Shown here piece after piece: positions 26,586 to 34,760 of a stretch of 48,803 bases of DNA; within the stretch, counting starts at the first letter, position 1, and each line of letters starts with the position of its first letter. The notes below the pieces were generated by a model. It worked only from the letters and a program-made list of their open reading frames with translations. It was not told the DNA's origin and searched no databases. Source of the stretch: an uncultured Lentisphaeraceae bacterium. GTDB taxonomy: Bacteria; Verrucomicrobiota; Kiritimatiellia; RFP12; UBA1067. Location: the NCBI GenBank assembly GCA_964428885.1, contig CAYRZP010000001.1, positions 1-48,803 of the forward strand, read 5' to 3'. A program made the position numbers and the translations under genes.

Positions 26586-27452
26586 TCATCGCTCGGACCA
26601 TTCGAGCGAGAGGTCCGCCGCCGGCGCGGAATGGGTGAGGCATCCCAGCGAGATCGCGTCCACGCCCGTGGCCGCCACTTCGCGCGCCCGCGCCAGCGTG
26701 ATGCCGCCTGACGCCTCGGTGCGGGAGACGCCGCGGCACAGCCCGACGCACTCGCGCATCATCTCGCAGCTCATGTTGTCTAGCATGATCCACTCCGGCC
26801 TGCCGCGCAAGGCGCTGACGCATTCCGCCACGCTCTCGACCTCGACCTCGACCTCCAGTTTCGGAAAACTCTTGCGCGCCGCGTGCACGGCCAGGTCCAG
26901 GCGGTCGGGATCGCCGCCCTGCCAAAGCCGGCGGTGGTTGTCCTTGATCAGCACCCGGTCGAAAAGCCCGAAGCGGTGGTTGCGGCCGCCGCCGCACAGC
27001 ACGGCGTTCTTCTCGAAAAGCCGCAGGCCCGGCGTGGTCTTGCGCGTGTCAAGGATCATTGTGCCGAATTCACGGACCGCCTCCACAAAGGCGCGCGTGA
27101 GCGTGGCGATGCCGCACATGCGCTGCATGAAGTTCAGCGCCGTGCGCTCGGCGGTCAGGATCGAGGCGGCGCGTCCGCGCACGGTCAGGATCGTGCCGCC
27201 CGCAGCCGCGTCGGCGCCGTCCGGCGTGACGATATCCACCCGCAGGCCCGGATCAACGCATTCGAAAACCGTCCTGCCGACGTTGGCGCCGGCCACGCGG
27301 CAGGCTCCGCGCGCCAGAACCGCGCCATCGGCCGCGACCGCCGGATCAACGAGCGTCAGAGTGGTCGCGTCGCCCGGCCCGACGTCCTCGGCCAAGGCCG
27401 CCCGGATCGCCGCGAGAGCCCGCGGGTCATCTGTCAGATCACGCGCATTCAT
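26586..27452 (-). CDS. nadC: Nicotinate-nucleotide pyrophosphorylase (carboxylating)
   Basis: 288 aa from the ATG at 27452. Motifs: ED.G.GD.T, ERTALNF.QRMCGIAT, DTRKTTPGLR, KNAV..GGG.NHR, IMLDNM, EASGGI. Confidence 0.9.
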   Translation of the reverse strand: MNARDLTDDPRALAAIRAALAEDVGPGDATTLTLVDPAVAADGAVLARGACRVAGANVGRTVFECVDPGLRVDIVTPDGADAAAGGTILTVRGRAASILTAERTALNFMQRMCGIATLTRAFVEAVREFGTMILDTRKTTPGLRLFEKNAVLCGGGRNHRFGLFDRVLIKDNHRRLWQGGDPDRLDLAVHAARKSFPKLEVEVEVESVAECVSALRGRPEWIMLDNMSCEMMRECVGLCRGVSRTEASGGITLARAREVAATGVDAISLGCLTHSAPAADLSLEWSER

Positions 27453-27475
27453 CTTTCTTCCCTCTTCCCGCTTAC

Positions 27476-28156
27476 TTATAACCTCTTCCCTAAAAAATAG
27501 CCTGCCGCGCCGCCTGCCAGATGCGCGGCATAGGCTACTTGCGAGTGCAGGAGCGCCGCCTCTGCCACTGTCACTATCCCGAGCAGCAAGGCCAGTGTGC
27601 GCGCCCGCATGCGGACCGGGAAAGGCAGCAGCAGCATGACCTCGCGCTGCGGGAACAAAGCCGCGTAGGCGCCGATCAGGGCGAAGACGCCGCCGGAGGC
27701 GCCGATGCACATTGAGTTGTCCAGCGTGTGCCGACCCGCCGAGAGCGCGGCCGGCAGGTAAGGCAGGGCCGCGGTGGCGGCCAGCCACCCGATACCGCCG
27801 ACCACGCCGCCCGCGAGGAAGACGCGCCAGAAACGGCGGCCGCCGATTTCCTGTTCCAGCCCGGAGCCGAAAAGCAGCACGGTCAGCATGTTGAGGCCGA
27901 GATGCCACCAGCCCTCGTGCAGGAACATGTAGGTGAGCGGCTGCCAGAAGAAACCGTGCGACAGCAGGGGCCAGGCCAGCCCGAAACTGGAGACCAGCGC
28001 ATTGCCGAAGGTGTAGCCGTACACGAATTCGACACGGGCCGCCGCGCGCTGCATCAGCAATACCGCGAGGCATAGCGCCGCCAGCGTCAAGGCGGCGGGC
28101 GCGGCGTAAAACAAACCCCGCAAACGCCACAGCCATCTTCGCGTAAGCGTGATCAA
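27476..28156 (-). CDS. Rhomboid-family intramembrane serine protease
   Basis: WHLGLNML (HxxxN), the catalytic GASGGVFALIGA, and the distal AHLAGGAAG His. The TTG start at 28156 is preceded by GGAGG 7 nt upstream. Confidence 0.85.
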   Translation of the reverse strand: MITLTRRWLWRLRGLFYAAPAALTLAALCLAVLLMQRAAARVEFVYGYTFGNALVSSFGLAWPLLSHGFFWQPLTYMFLHEGWWHLGLNMLTVLLFGSGLEQEIGGRRFWRVFLAGGVVGGIGWLAATAALPYLPAALSAGRHTLDNSMCIGASGGVFALIGAYAALFPQREVMLLLPFPVRMRARTLALLLGIVTVAEAALLHSQVAYAAHLAGGAAGYFLGKRL

Positions 28157-28178
28157 GGCCGCACCTCCGTCGCCGGGC

Positions 28179-28400
28179 TCAGGCGGATTTGATCAGGTCC
28201 CAATTCGCGTAGAGCATGAATGCGATGATGGCCAGAATGACGGTGGTGATGATCGCGCAGATGCCGGCGAGCTTGTCGCCCGCGCCCGTGCCCAGCGCCG
28301 CCGTTTCTTCGGCCGGGTTGCGCAGGCGGGCCGATATGAAGGCCCCGCCGGGGGCTTTGACCTCTTCCGCCGCATCCAAAGACGATTTCTTCAATTTCAT
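28179..28400 (-). CDS. Small tail-anchored single-pass membrane protein
   Basis: 73 aa. Strongly GC3-biased codons support coding. It has one C-terminal TM helix (LAGICAIITTVILAIIAFMLYA). Its stop is 22 nt upstream of the rhomboid start. Confidence 0.5.
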   Translation of the reverse strand: MKLKKSSLDAAEEVKAPGGAFISARLRNPAEETAALGTGAGDKLAGICAIITTVILAIIAFMLYANWDLIKSA

Positions 28401-28524
28401 GTCCCGATATTACCAAACCGCCCTTGCGTTGAGTAGCGAATTTTGCGCACGCCCGAAACCTTGCCATCGGCGTTTAAAAGATGTTATCTTTTCATTTTTC
28501 GAATTTTATGGTGAGTTCTTTTTT

Positions 28525-29367
28525 ATGAACAGAATCCTGAGTGTCACCCGACTCGCGCCCGAGGTCTACCGCATGGATGTCGAGGCGCCGCTGATCGCGC
28601 GCGAGCGCAGACCCGGCCAGTTCATCATTCTGCAGGTCGACGATGATATCGGCGAGCGCATCCCGCTGACCATCGCCGACGCCGATCAGGCGCATGGCGC
28701 GATCACGCTGATCTTCCAGACGGTCGGCAAGACCACCCACCTGCTGGCGGAGAAGCGGCCGGGCGAGAGGATCGCAGCCGTGCTCGGGCCGCTGGGGCAG
28801 CCCACCCGCATCGAAAAGGTCGGACACGTGGTCTGCGTCGGCGGCGGCATCGGCGTGGCCCCGCTGTACCCGATCGCCCAGGCCATGAAGGCCGCCGGCA
28901 ACCGGGTCACCATCATCATGGGCGCCCGCAACCAATCCCTGCTGATCATGGAAGATGAGATGCGCAAGATCGCGGACGAGCTGATCATCGTCACGGACGA
29001 CGGTTCGTACGGGCGCAAGGCGCTGGTCACCGCGCCGCTGAAAGAGCTTTGCGAACAGGAGCCTAAGCCGGACATGGCCGTGGCGATCGGCCCGCCGGTC
29101 ATGATGAAATTCTGCGCCGAGACCACGCGGCCCTACGGTGTGCACACGGTGGTCTCGCTCAACACGATCATGATCGACGGCACGGGCATGTGTGGCGGCT
29201 GCCGCGTCACGGTCGGCGGCGAGGCCAAGTTCGTCTGCGTGGACGGCCCGGAGTTCGACGGGCACAAGGTCGATTTCGACAATATGATTAAGCGCCTGCG
29301 CGCCTACAAGCCGCGCGAGGACGCCGACCACCAGGCGCACCACTGCCGGTTAGATGCCATTCGTTGA
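28525..29367 (+). CDS. nfnA: NfnA-type ferredoxin-NADP+ reductase subunit (sulfide/dihydroorotate dehydrogenase-like FAD/NAD + 2Fe-2S)
   Basis: 280 aa from the ATG at 28525. Motifs: PGQFIILQ, RIPLTIAD, GGGIGVAP, and the C-terminal cluster motif GTGMCGGCRV..FVCVDGPEF. Confidence 0.8.
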   Translation: MNRILSVTRLAPEVYRMDVEAPLIARERRPGQFIILQVDDDIGERIPLTIADADQAHGAITLIFQTVGKTTHLLAEKRPGERIAAVLGPLGQPTRIEKVGHVVCVGGGIGVAPLYPIAQAMKAAGNRVTIIMGARNQSLLIMEDEMRKIADELIIVTDDGSYGRKALVTAPLKELCEQEPKPDMAVAIGPPVMMKFCAETTRPYGVHTVVSLNTIMIDGTGMCGGCRVTVGGEAKFVCVDGPEFDGHKVDFDNMIKRLRAYKPREDADHQAHHCRLDAIR

Positions 29368-29441
29368 GCAGGGCGTAAGCGGAAAGAAACGTTTATGCGT
29401 AACGATCAAAACCCCACATTCGTATCCCTGCTGGACAGGTA

Positions 29442-30644
29442 ATGCATAAGAACCGGTTCTATATTTTGGGCCACAAGGCCTTTTCTGTGTCGGCGCGCGA
29501 GTCTTCGGCGGCTAGTCAGTACGTCACATGTCCGTCACCGAAAGCGAAAAGCATCAAATTCATTTCGCTTTTCAGCGGCGCAATGGGACTTGATCTTGGC
29601 CTTGAATCCGCTGGCTTTCAGGTTGCTGGATGCCTCGAACTCGACAAGAAAGCCTGCGCCACCATTACCAAAAACCGTCCAGAAGTACCGCTCATTTGCG
29701 ATGACCTCCGAAATTGGACAGGCGACAAATTGTTGTCCGCCTTTAAGCTTCAGCGCGATGATATCGCCTTTATCGCTGGCGGCCCTCCCTGCCCTTCTTT
29801 CAGTACAGCAGGTAAGCGGCAGTCGTTCAATGATCCGCGTGGCCAAGTCATGTTTGACTATTTGCGGATTATCGCAGAACTACGTCCGCCGTTTTTTGTG
29901 ATGGAAAACGTGAGGGGGATTCTCTCCGCTTCTCTGACCCATGTGCCGATTTCTGAGCGCAAAAACCGGACAGCTGCCGGCAAGGGCACCGTCCTCAAGT
30001 TGCTTGCGGAAACTTTTAATGAAATGGGGTATACCGTTTCTGTGGAACTCGTGAATGCCGCCAACTACGGCACTCCGCAGAAAAGGGAGCGGGTTGTTTT
30101 TCTTGGCAGCCGTGACGGATTCCAAGTCACTATGCCGACTGCTCAATACTCGGGAACGGAAAACCTGTTTTGCCCAAAATGGCGTACGCTTGGGGATGCC
30201 GTGCAGGGTTTAATCGATCCGCATCCTGAGTTCATCCCTTTCTCAAAGAATCGTCAACGTTTCCTCAAGCTGCTGAAAGAGGGGGAGAACTGGCGCGACC
30301 TGCCCGCCAACCTGCAAGCCGAAGCGTTGGGCGGGGCCTTTACGTCCACTGGCGGCCGGGTGGGGTTCTTCCGCCGTCTACGTTTTGACGAACCGTCCCC
30401 CACTGTGCCAACAACCCCTGTCCAGAAAAGCACCTGCCTCTGCCATCCCGCTGAGCTGCGCCCGCTTTCCGTGAAAGAATATGCCCGCATACAGCAGTTT
30501 CCAGATAATTGGGTCTTCGAGGGTTCAACAGCCGACAAATACCGGCAGATCGGCAATGCCGTACCCGTTGGGCTCGGCTACGCCATCGGCAATGCGCTCA
30601 AACGCTTCTTAATCAATTACCAAGCGCTAGATGAGGAGAGTTGA
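29442..30644 (+). CDS. dcm: DNA (cytosine-5)-methyltransferase
   Basis: Motif I FSGAMGLDLG, motif IV GGPPCPSFS, motif VI ENVRG, motif VIII TPQKRERVVFLG, motif X QIGNAVPV. G+C is markedly lower than the flanks. Confidence 0.9.
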   Translation: MHKNRFYILGHKAFSVSARESSAASQYVTCPSPKAKSIKFISLFSGAMGLDLGLESAGFQVAGCLELDKKACATITKNRPEVPLICDDLRNWTGDKLLSAFKLQRDDIAFIAGGPPCPSFSTAGKRQSFNDPRGQVMFDYLRIIAELRPPFFVMENVRGILSASLTHVPISERKNRTAAGKGTVLKLLAETFNEMGYTVSVELVNAANYGTPQKRERVVFLGSRDGFQVTMPTAQYSGTENLFCPKWRTLGDAVQGLIDPHPEFIPFSKNRQRFLKLLKEGENWRDLPANLQAEALGGAFTSTGGRVGFFRRLRFDEPSPTVPTTPVQKSTCLCHPAELRPLSVKEYARIQQFPDNWVFEGSTADKYRQIGNAVPVGLGYAIGNALKRFLINYQALDEES

Positions 30645-30645
30645 A

Positions 30646-31401
30646 ATGCATTTGACGCCTGAAATTATCGAGGAGCATGTTCAAAAATGCCTTGAGGCAT
30701 TTTACATGCGGCGGATTGCTAAGCTTTCCGAGTTGAAACTGCGAGACACCCTGAAGAGGAAGAACCCCTATCTGTTCCGGGCTATTGGTACTGAATCAGC
30801 AACTGAATTCATTACACAGCTTTTAAGCGCATACATGTCTTCGTCTGATGAAGGTATTTTTGGTGACGCCTTTTTTGAGCCGCTTGCCAAACTTGTTTCT
30901 GGTGCGTCAACCGCTGGAGGTGAAGGCGCGGACATCATCCTTGAAACTTCAACAACCTACACTGCGATCGCCGTTAAGTCGGGGACTTCTGTCTTCAATG
31001 CCCAGAGTCGGCGGCGGCAGAATCAAGAGTTCTTGAACCTTCGCAGCCGCATGTTGAAACTACAGAAACATTTTGATGCGATTGTTGGGTATTGCTATGG
31101 CAAAAAGAAATCTTCTGCAAAGTCAGCCGAAGTCATCTTTAAAGAGTTGGCGGGGCAAGTGTTCTGGGAAGAATTGACGGGGGATTCAACGTTTTACTTG
31201 AAAATTATCGAAGCGATGAAATCTAAACCCGCCGAACACAAACTCAGGTTCCGCGAAGAGTGGGACAAAGCGGTTAATCGGTTCGTTCGGGAATTCACCG
31301 TTACCTATTGTGCCGAAGACGGCGCGATTGACTGGAAAAAACTTCTCGTTTTCAATAGCGGCTGCAATCCCCCCGAAAAATCGAGCGGTACGGTGACATG
31401 A
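30646..31401 (+). CDS. Probable type II restriction endonuclease partner (PD-(D/E)xK-like; Eco47II/PmeII-like is a tentative recollection)
   Basis: 251 aa. The GAGGAGAG RBS lies inside the methyltransferase 3' end, 5 nt before the ATG. The candidate catalytic stretch is GEGADIILETSTTYTAIAVKSG. It also has an N-terminal KRKNPYLFRA segment. G+C here is the lowest in the window. Confidence 0.5.
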   Translation: MHLTPEIIEEHVQKCLEAFYMRRIAKLSELKLRDTLKRKNPYLFRAIGTESATEFITQLLSAYMSSSDEGIFGDAFFEPLAKLVSGASTAGGEGADIILETSTTYTAIAVKSGTSVFNAQSRRRQNQEFLNLRSRMLKLQKHFDAIVGYCYGKKKSSAKSAEVIFKELAGQVFWEELTGDSTFYLKIIEAMKSKPAEHKLRFREEWDKAVNRFVREFTVTYCAEDGAIDWKKLLVFNSGCNPPEKSSGTVT

Positions 31402-31530
31402 CCGCTTTCAAACAGGTGAGAAAGGTTTGAGCATAGCTGTTATATCCTTCCAAAGCCTAGTTGTTTTTGACAAAGGCCACATCCGTGGCGCTTGGCCTCA
31501 ACTTCAGCAACCATAAGGAGCACGTCTCTC

Positions 31531-33018
31531 ATGCACCAAGACCCCACCGTTTTAAAGAGCACCGCCACAGACTTGCTGCGCCAGATCGAGAACCAGCCCA
31601 TGACCCCAAAAGCGCGCATGGCGATCCCGCCGCAAGAGATGCCTTCACAGGCCCCTGAGGTACGGTGCCACAATATGAGCGAGGTCGCGCTGGGCTACTC
31701 CGCCGAGCAGGCGCGCCTGGAGGCAATGCGCTGCCTGCAGTGCAAGAACGCGCCGTGTGTGCAGGGCTGCCCGGTGCGCATCCGCATCCCGGATTTTCTG
31801 AAGGCGGCGGCGGAAGGCCGCTTCGACGAGGCGGTGGCCATCATCCGCGAGAACAGCCTGCTGCCGGCCGTGTGCGGCCGCGTCTGTCCGCAGGAGGTGC
31901 AGTGCCAGGCGCCGTGCACGCTGGGCAAGGCGCTCAAGGACGTGGACAAGGCGGTCTCGATCGGTCGCGTGGAACGCTATGTCTCCGACCTCGAGCGCGA
32001 GAGCGGCCGGCAGGCCGCGCCCGCGGTCAAGCCGCCGACCGGACGTCGCGTGGCTGTGATCGGCAGCGGCCCGGCGGGCATCACCGTGGCGGCGGACGTG
32101 CGGCGCGAGGGCCACGAGGTCACTATTTTCGAGGCATTCCACAAGCCCGGCGGCGTGCTGGTCTACGGCATCCCCGAGTTCCGCCTGCCCAAAAGCATCG
32201 TCAGCAAAGAGATCGAGACGCTGAAGACGATGGGGGTCAAGATCGAGACTAATTTCGTGATCGGACGCACGCGCCGGCTGGCAGACCTGATCGACAAAGA
32301 CGGGTTCGACGCGGTTTTCGTGGGCACCGGCGCGGGGCTCCCGAAGTTCATGAACATCCCCGGCGAGAACTTGGTGGGGGTCTTCTCCGCCAACGAGTAC
32401 CTGACGCGCGCCAACCTGATGAAGGCCTACGACACCGCGCATGCCCACACGCCGCTCTACATCTCGCGCAAGGTCGCGGTGCTCGGCGGCGGCAACGTGG
32501 CCATGGACGCGGCGCGCATGGCGCTCAGGCTCGGCGCGGAAGAGGTTCACCTGGTCTACCGGCGCACCGAGAAAGAGATGCCCGCGCGCGTCGAGGAGGT
32601 CGCCCACGCCCGCGAGGAGGGCGTGGTCTTCCACATGCTGCAGAACGCCGTGCGCATCCTCGGCGACGAGAACGACCGCGTCACGCGGATGGAGTGCCTG
32701 CGCTACGAGCTGGGCGACCCCGACGCCTCGGGGCGGCGGCGGCCGGTGCCTCTCAAAGGCAGCGAGTTCATGATGGAGGTCGACACCGTGATCGTGGCCA
32801 TCGGCAACGACTCCAACCCGCTGATCAGCCAGACCACCGCGGCTCTCGCCGTGAACAAGTGGGGCAACATCATCGTGGACGAGAACGGCAAAAGCTCGAT
32901 CGACGGCATCTACGCCGGCGGCGACATCGTGCTCGGCGCCGCCACCGTGATCCTCGCCATGGGCGAGGGCCGCCGCGCCGCCGCCGCGATCAACGCTTAT
33001 CTGGCTGACAAAACCTGA
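31531..33018 (+). CDS. nfnB: NfnB / GltD-like NADPH-dependent oxidoreductase (glutamate synthase small-subunit family)
   Basis: RCLQCKNAPCVQGCPV and CGRVCPQE..C..PC Fe-S motifs, dinucleotide folds VAVIGSGPAG and VAVLGGGNVAMD, and a C-terminal AGGD. An AAGGAG RBS precedes the ATG at 31531. Confidence 0.85.
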   Translation: MHQDPTVLKSTATDLLRQIENQPMTPKARMAIPPQEMPSQAPEVRCHNMSEVALGYSAEQARLEAMRCLQCKNAPCVQGCPVRIRIPDFLKAAAEGRFDEAVAIIRENSLLPAVCGRVCPQEVQCQAPCTLGKALKDVDKAVSIGRVERYVSDLERESGRQAAPAVKPPTGRRVAVIGSGPAGITVAADVRREGHEVTIFEAFHKPGGVLVYGIPEFRLPKSIVSKEIETLKTMGVKIETNFVIGRTRRLADLIDKDGFDAVFVGTGAGLPKFMNIPGENLVGVFSANEYLTRANLMKAYDTAHAHTPLYISRKVAVLGGGNVAMDAARMALRLGAEEVHLVYRRTEKEMPARVEEVAHAREEGVVFHMLQNAVRILGDENDRVTRMECLRYELGDPDASGRRRPVPLKGSEFMMEVDTVIVAIGNDSNPLISQTTAALAVNKWGNIIVDENGKSSIDGIYAGGDIVLGAATVILAMGEGRRAAAAINAYLADKT

Positions 33019-33036
33019 GTCTGACGGGTTCGACCC

Positions 33037-33063
33037 GTCCGACTTGTCCGACCCGTCCGACTC
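33037..33063. repeat. 9-bp-period tandem repeat (GTCCGAC-NN) x3, embedded in an 18-bp-period duplication of CGACCCGTCCGAC
   Basis: GTCCGAC at 33037, 33046 and 33055. CGACCCGTCCGAC at 33031-43 and 33049-61. It is preceded by the hairpin GACGGG-TTCGA-CCCGTC (33023-39). Confidence 0.9.
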
Positions 33064-33067
33064 TATC

Positions 33068-33730
33068 ATGAAAAGCCTGAAGCCCAGAGACTACACAGTC
33101 CAGGAAGAGATCTCGCACAGCGCGATCCACGCGCTGGGCAGCCATCTGGGCGCGGCGATGCTGGCGCTGATGGTGGTCTTCGGGGCGCAGAGCGGCGAGC
33201 AGGTGGCGTGGAAGGTGGTCAGCGGCGCGCTGTTCGGATCCTCCGTGATCCTGCTCTATACCGTCTCTTCGGTCTACCACGCGGTCACGCACCCGCGCGC
33301 CAAGCAGGTGCTGGAGGTCTGCGACCACATGGCGATCTACATCCTGATCGCGGGCTCGTATACACCATTCACGCTCGTCACGCTGAGGCCGGGACATCCG
33401 GCGATCGGCTGGACGGTCTTTGGAATCGTGTGGGGACTGACCGTCGCCGGGGTAATCGTCAAGGTGTTCACCACCGGCAAACTGCGCGGCCTCTCGACCC
33501 TCGCATACATCGGCATGGGCTGGATCGTGGTCTTCGCGATCCGGCCCTTGATGGACGCCCTGCCGGCCGCAGGACTGGCGTGGCTGCTGGCCGGCGGACT
33601 GCTCTACACTATGGGCACGATCTTCTATCTGTGGCGGCTCATGCCGTTCCACCACGCGGTGTGGCACCTCTTCGTGCTCGGCGGCACCGTCTGCCACTTC
33701 TTCGCCGTGCTGCTGTACGTGATGATGTGA
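33068..33730 (+). CDS. trhA: Hemolysin III / PAQR-family membrane protein
   Basis: EEISHSAIH, SSVYH, the CDH..IY.LIAGSYTPF motif, and a C-terminal HAVWH.FV. ATG at 33068 is preferred over the TTG at 33044, which lies inside the repeat. Confidence 0.85.
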   Translation: MKSLKPRDYTVQEEISHSAIHALGSHLGAAMLALMVVFGAQSGEQVAWKVVSGALFGSSVILLYTVSSVYHAVTHPRAKQVLEVCDHMAIYILIAGSYTPFTLVTLRPGHPAIGWTVFGIVWGLTVAGVIVKVFTTGKLRGLSTLAYIGMGWIVVFAIRPLMDALPAAGLAWLLAGGLLYTMGTIFYLWRLMPFHHAVWHLFVLGGTVCHFFAVLLYVMM

Positions 33731-33733
33731 CCG

Positions 33734-34642
33734 TCACTTGACCTCTTTGATCACGGTCGAGGCGGCTTTGAGGATGCCGGCCACGTTGGCTAGATCCGAC
33801 GGGACGATCATGGTGTTGTTGGCTTTGGCCATCTTACCGAATTCGTTCAAATACTGTTGCGCGAGCTGCATGTTCACCGCATTCATGCCGCCCTGCTCGT
33901 TGATCGCGGACGCCACCTGCCGGAGGCCGTTGGCTTGAGCCTCGGCCACCAGCAGGATCTCCTGCGCGCGGCCCCCTGCCTCGTTGATGCGCTTCATCTT
34001 TTCGCCTTCTGAGATCGCGATCGCCTGCTGCTTTTCGCCCTCGGCGCGGTTGATCTTGGCCTGGCGGTCACCCTCGGACTCGGCGATCAGCGCGCGCTTC
34101 TCGCGTTCGGCGCGCATCTGCTTTTCCATCGCGTCGCGGATGGTCTGCGGCGGCGTGATGTTCTTGATCTCGTAGCGTGTGACCTTGATGCCCCAGGGGT
34201 CGGAAGCCTTGTCAACCGCCTCGACGATCGCTCCGTTAATGTGCATGCGCTCCTCAAAGCTCTTGTCCAGCTCGAGCTTGCCCATCTCGGAGCGCATGGT
34301 GGTCTGCGCGAGCTGGGTGGTGGCGAAAAGGTAGTTGGCGATGCCGTAAGAGGCCTTGGCCGGATCCATGACCTGCAGGTAGAGGATGCCGTCGACCTCG
34401 ACCGTGATGTTGTCGCGCGTGATGCACTGTTGCGGCGGCACGTCGATCGCTTGCTCCTTGAGCGTGTGCTTGTATGATACCCTGTCGACGATCGGCATCA
34501 GCAGGTGCAGGCCGGCGTCCAGCGTGCAGTGGTACTTGCCCAGGCGCTCAACGATGAAAGCCTGCTTCTGCGGCACGATCCGCACGCACTTGGCGATGGT
34601 GTAGACGACTACGAACGCGATTACGATTGTGACCGGATGCAT
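33734..34642 (-). CDS. SPFH/band-7 (stomatin/paraslipin-like) protein
   Basis: N-terminal TM segment, then VPQKQAFIVERLGKY, ITRDNITVEVDGILY and the coiled-coil MRAEREKRA..AEGE region. Confidence 0.9.
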   Translation of the reverse strand: MHPVTIVIAFVVVYTIAKCVRIVPQKQAFIVERLGKYHCTLDAGLHLLMPIVDRVSYKHTLKEQAIDVPPQQCITRDNITVEVDGILYLQVMDPAKASYGIANYLFATTQLAQTTMRSEMGKLELDKSFEERMHINGAIVEAVDKASDPWGIKVTRYEIKNITPPQTIRDAMEKQMRAEREKRALIAESEGDRQAKINRAEGEKQQAIAISEGEKMKRINEAGGRAQEILLVAEAQANGLRQVASAINEQGGMNAVNMQLAQQYLNEFGKMAKANNTMIVPSDLANVAGILKAASTVIKEVK

Positions 34643-34663
34643 GTTTGTTCTCCTTGATTATAC

Positions 34664-34691
34664 TTGAACGTTGAACGTTGAGCGTTGAGCG
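34664..34691. repeat. Heptamer tandem repeat TTGAACG x2 + TTGAGCG x2
   Basis: Read directly. It lies in the 118-nt spacer between the nfeD stop and the SPFH start, which are likely in one operon. Confidence 0.9.
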
Positions 34692-34760
34692 TTTACTCGA
34701 ACCATCGGCTCCTTACATTCAACTATTAATTCAAGCAGTTAACCCTTACGTTTGTTTGTG

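Noticed and set aside
26586-28136. 516-aa ORF suggesting a much longer NadC
   Set aside because: The N-terminal 228 residues are an out-of-frame read through the rhomboid gene and have an artefact-like composition. NadC homology begins at MNARDL (ATG at 27452).
28216-28524. N-terminal extensions of ORF-track entries: nfnA from 28216, the DUF1080 gene from 38114, the small secreted protein from 5635, comF from 25018, dtd from 7777 and lipA from 19240
   Set aside because: Each extension overlaps a better-supported neighbouring gene or lacks homology. An internal start with an RBS or a 4-nt coupling overlap gives the canonical protein length.
29368-31530. Calling the R-M island (and the AbiE islet at 2395-4080) a mobile element
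   Set aside because: I found no integrase, transposase or recombinase, no terminal inverted repeats and no target-site duplication. Only compositional and synteny arguments support an insertion, so both are reported as findings rather than annotated as mobile_element features.
33023-33039. Hairpin GACGGG-TTCGA-CCCGTC as the intrinsic terminator of nfnB
   Set aside because: The stem is only 6 bp and no U-tract follows. It runs straight into the GTCCGAC repeat.
33037-33063. Tandem repeats at 1098, 33037 and 34664 as possible CRISPR arrays
   Set aside because: The units are 7-9 nt and are contiguous or nearly so. There are no 25-40-nt repeats, no unique spacers and no cas genes.
31645-33069. 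474-aa ORF on the - strand
   Set aside because: It is antisense to nfnB/gltD. The same artefact class applies to 15376-16431 (anti-pdxB), 13555-14634 (anti-der), 16612-17607 (anti-rnhC), 36580-37542 (anti-ppiD-like), 47641-48702 (anti-gpsA), 5265-6428 (anti-fadD) and 41946-42860.
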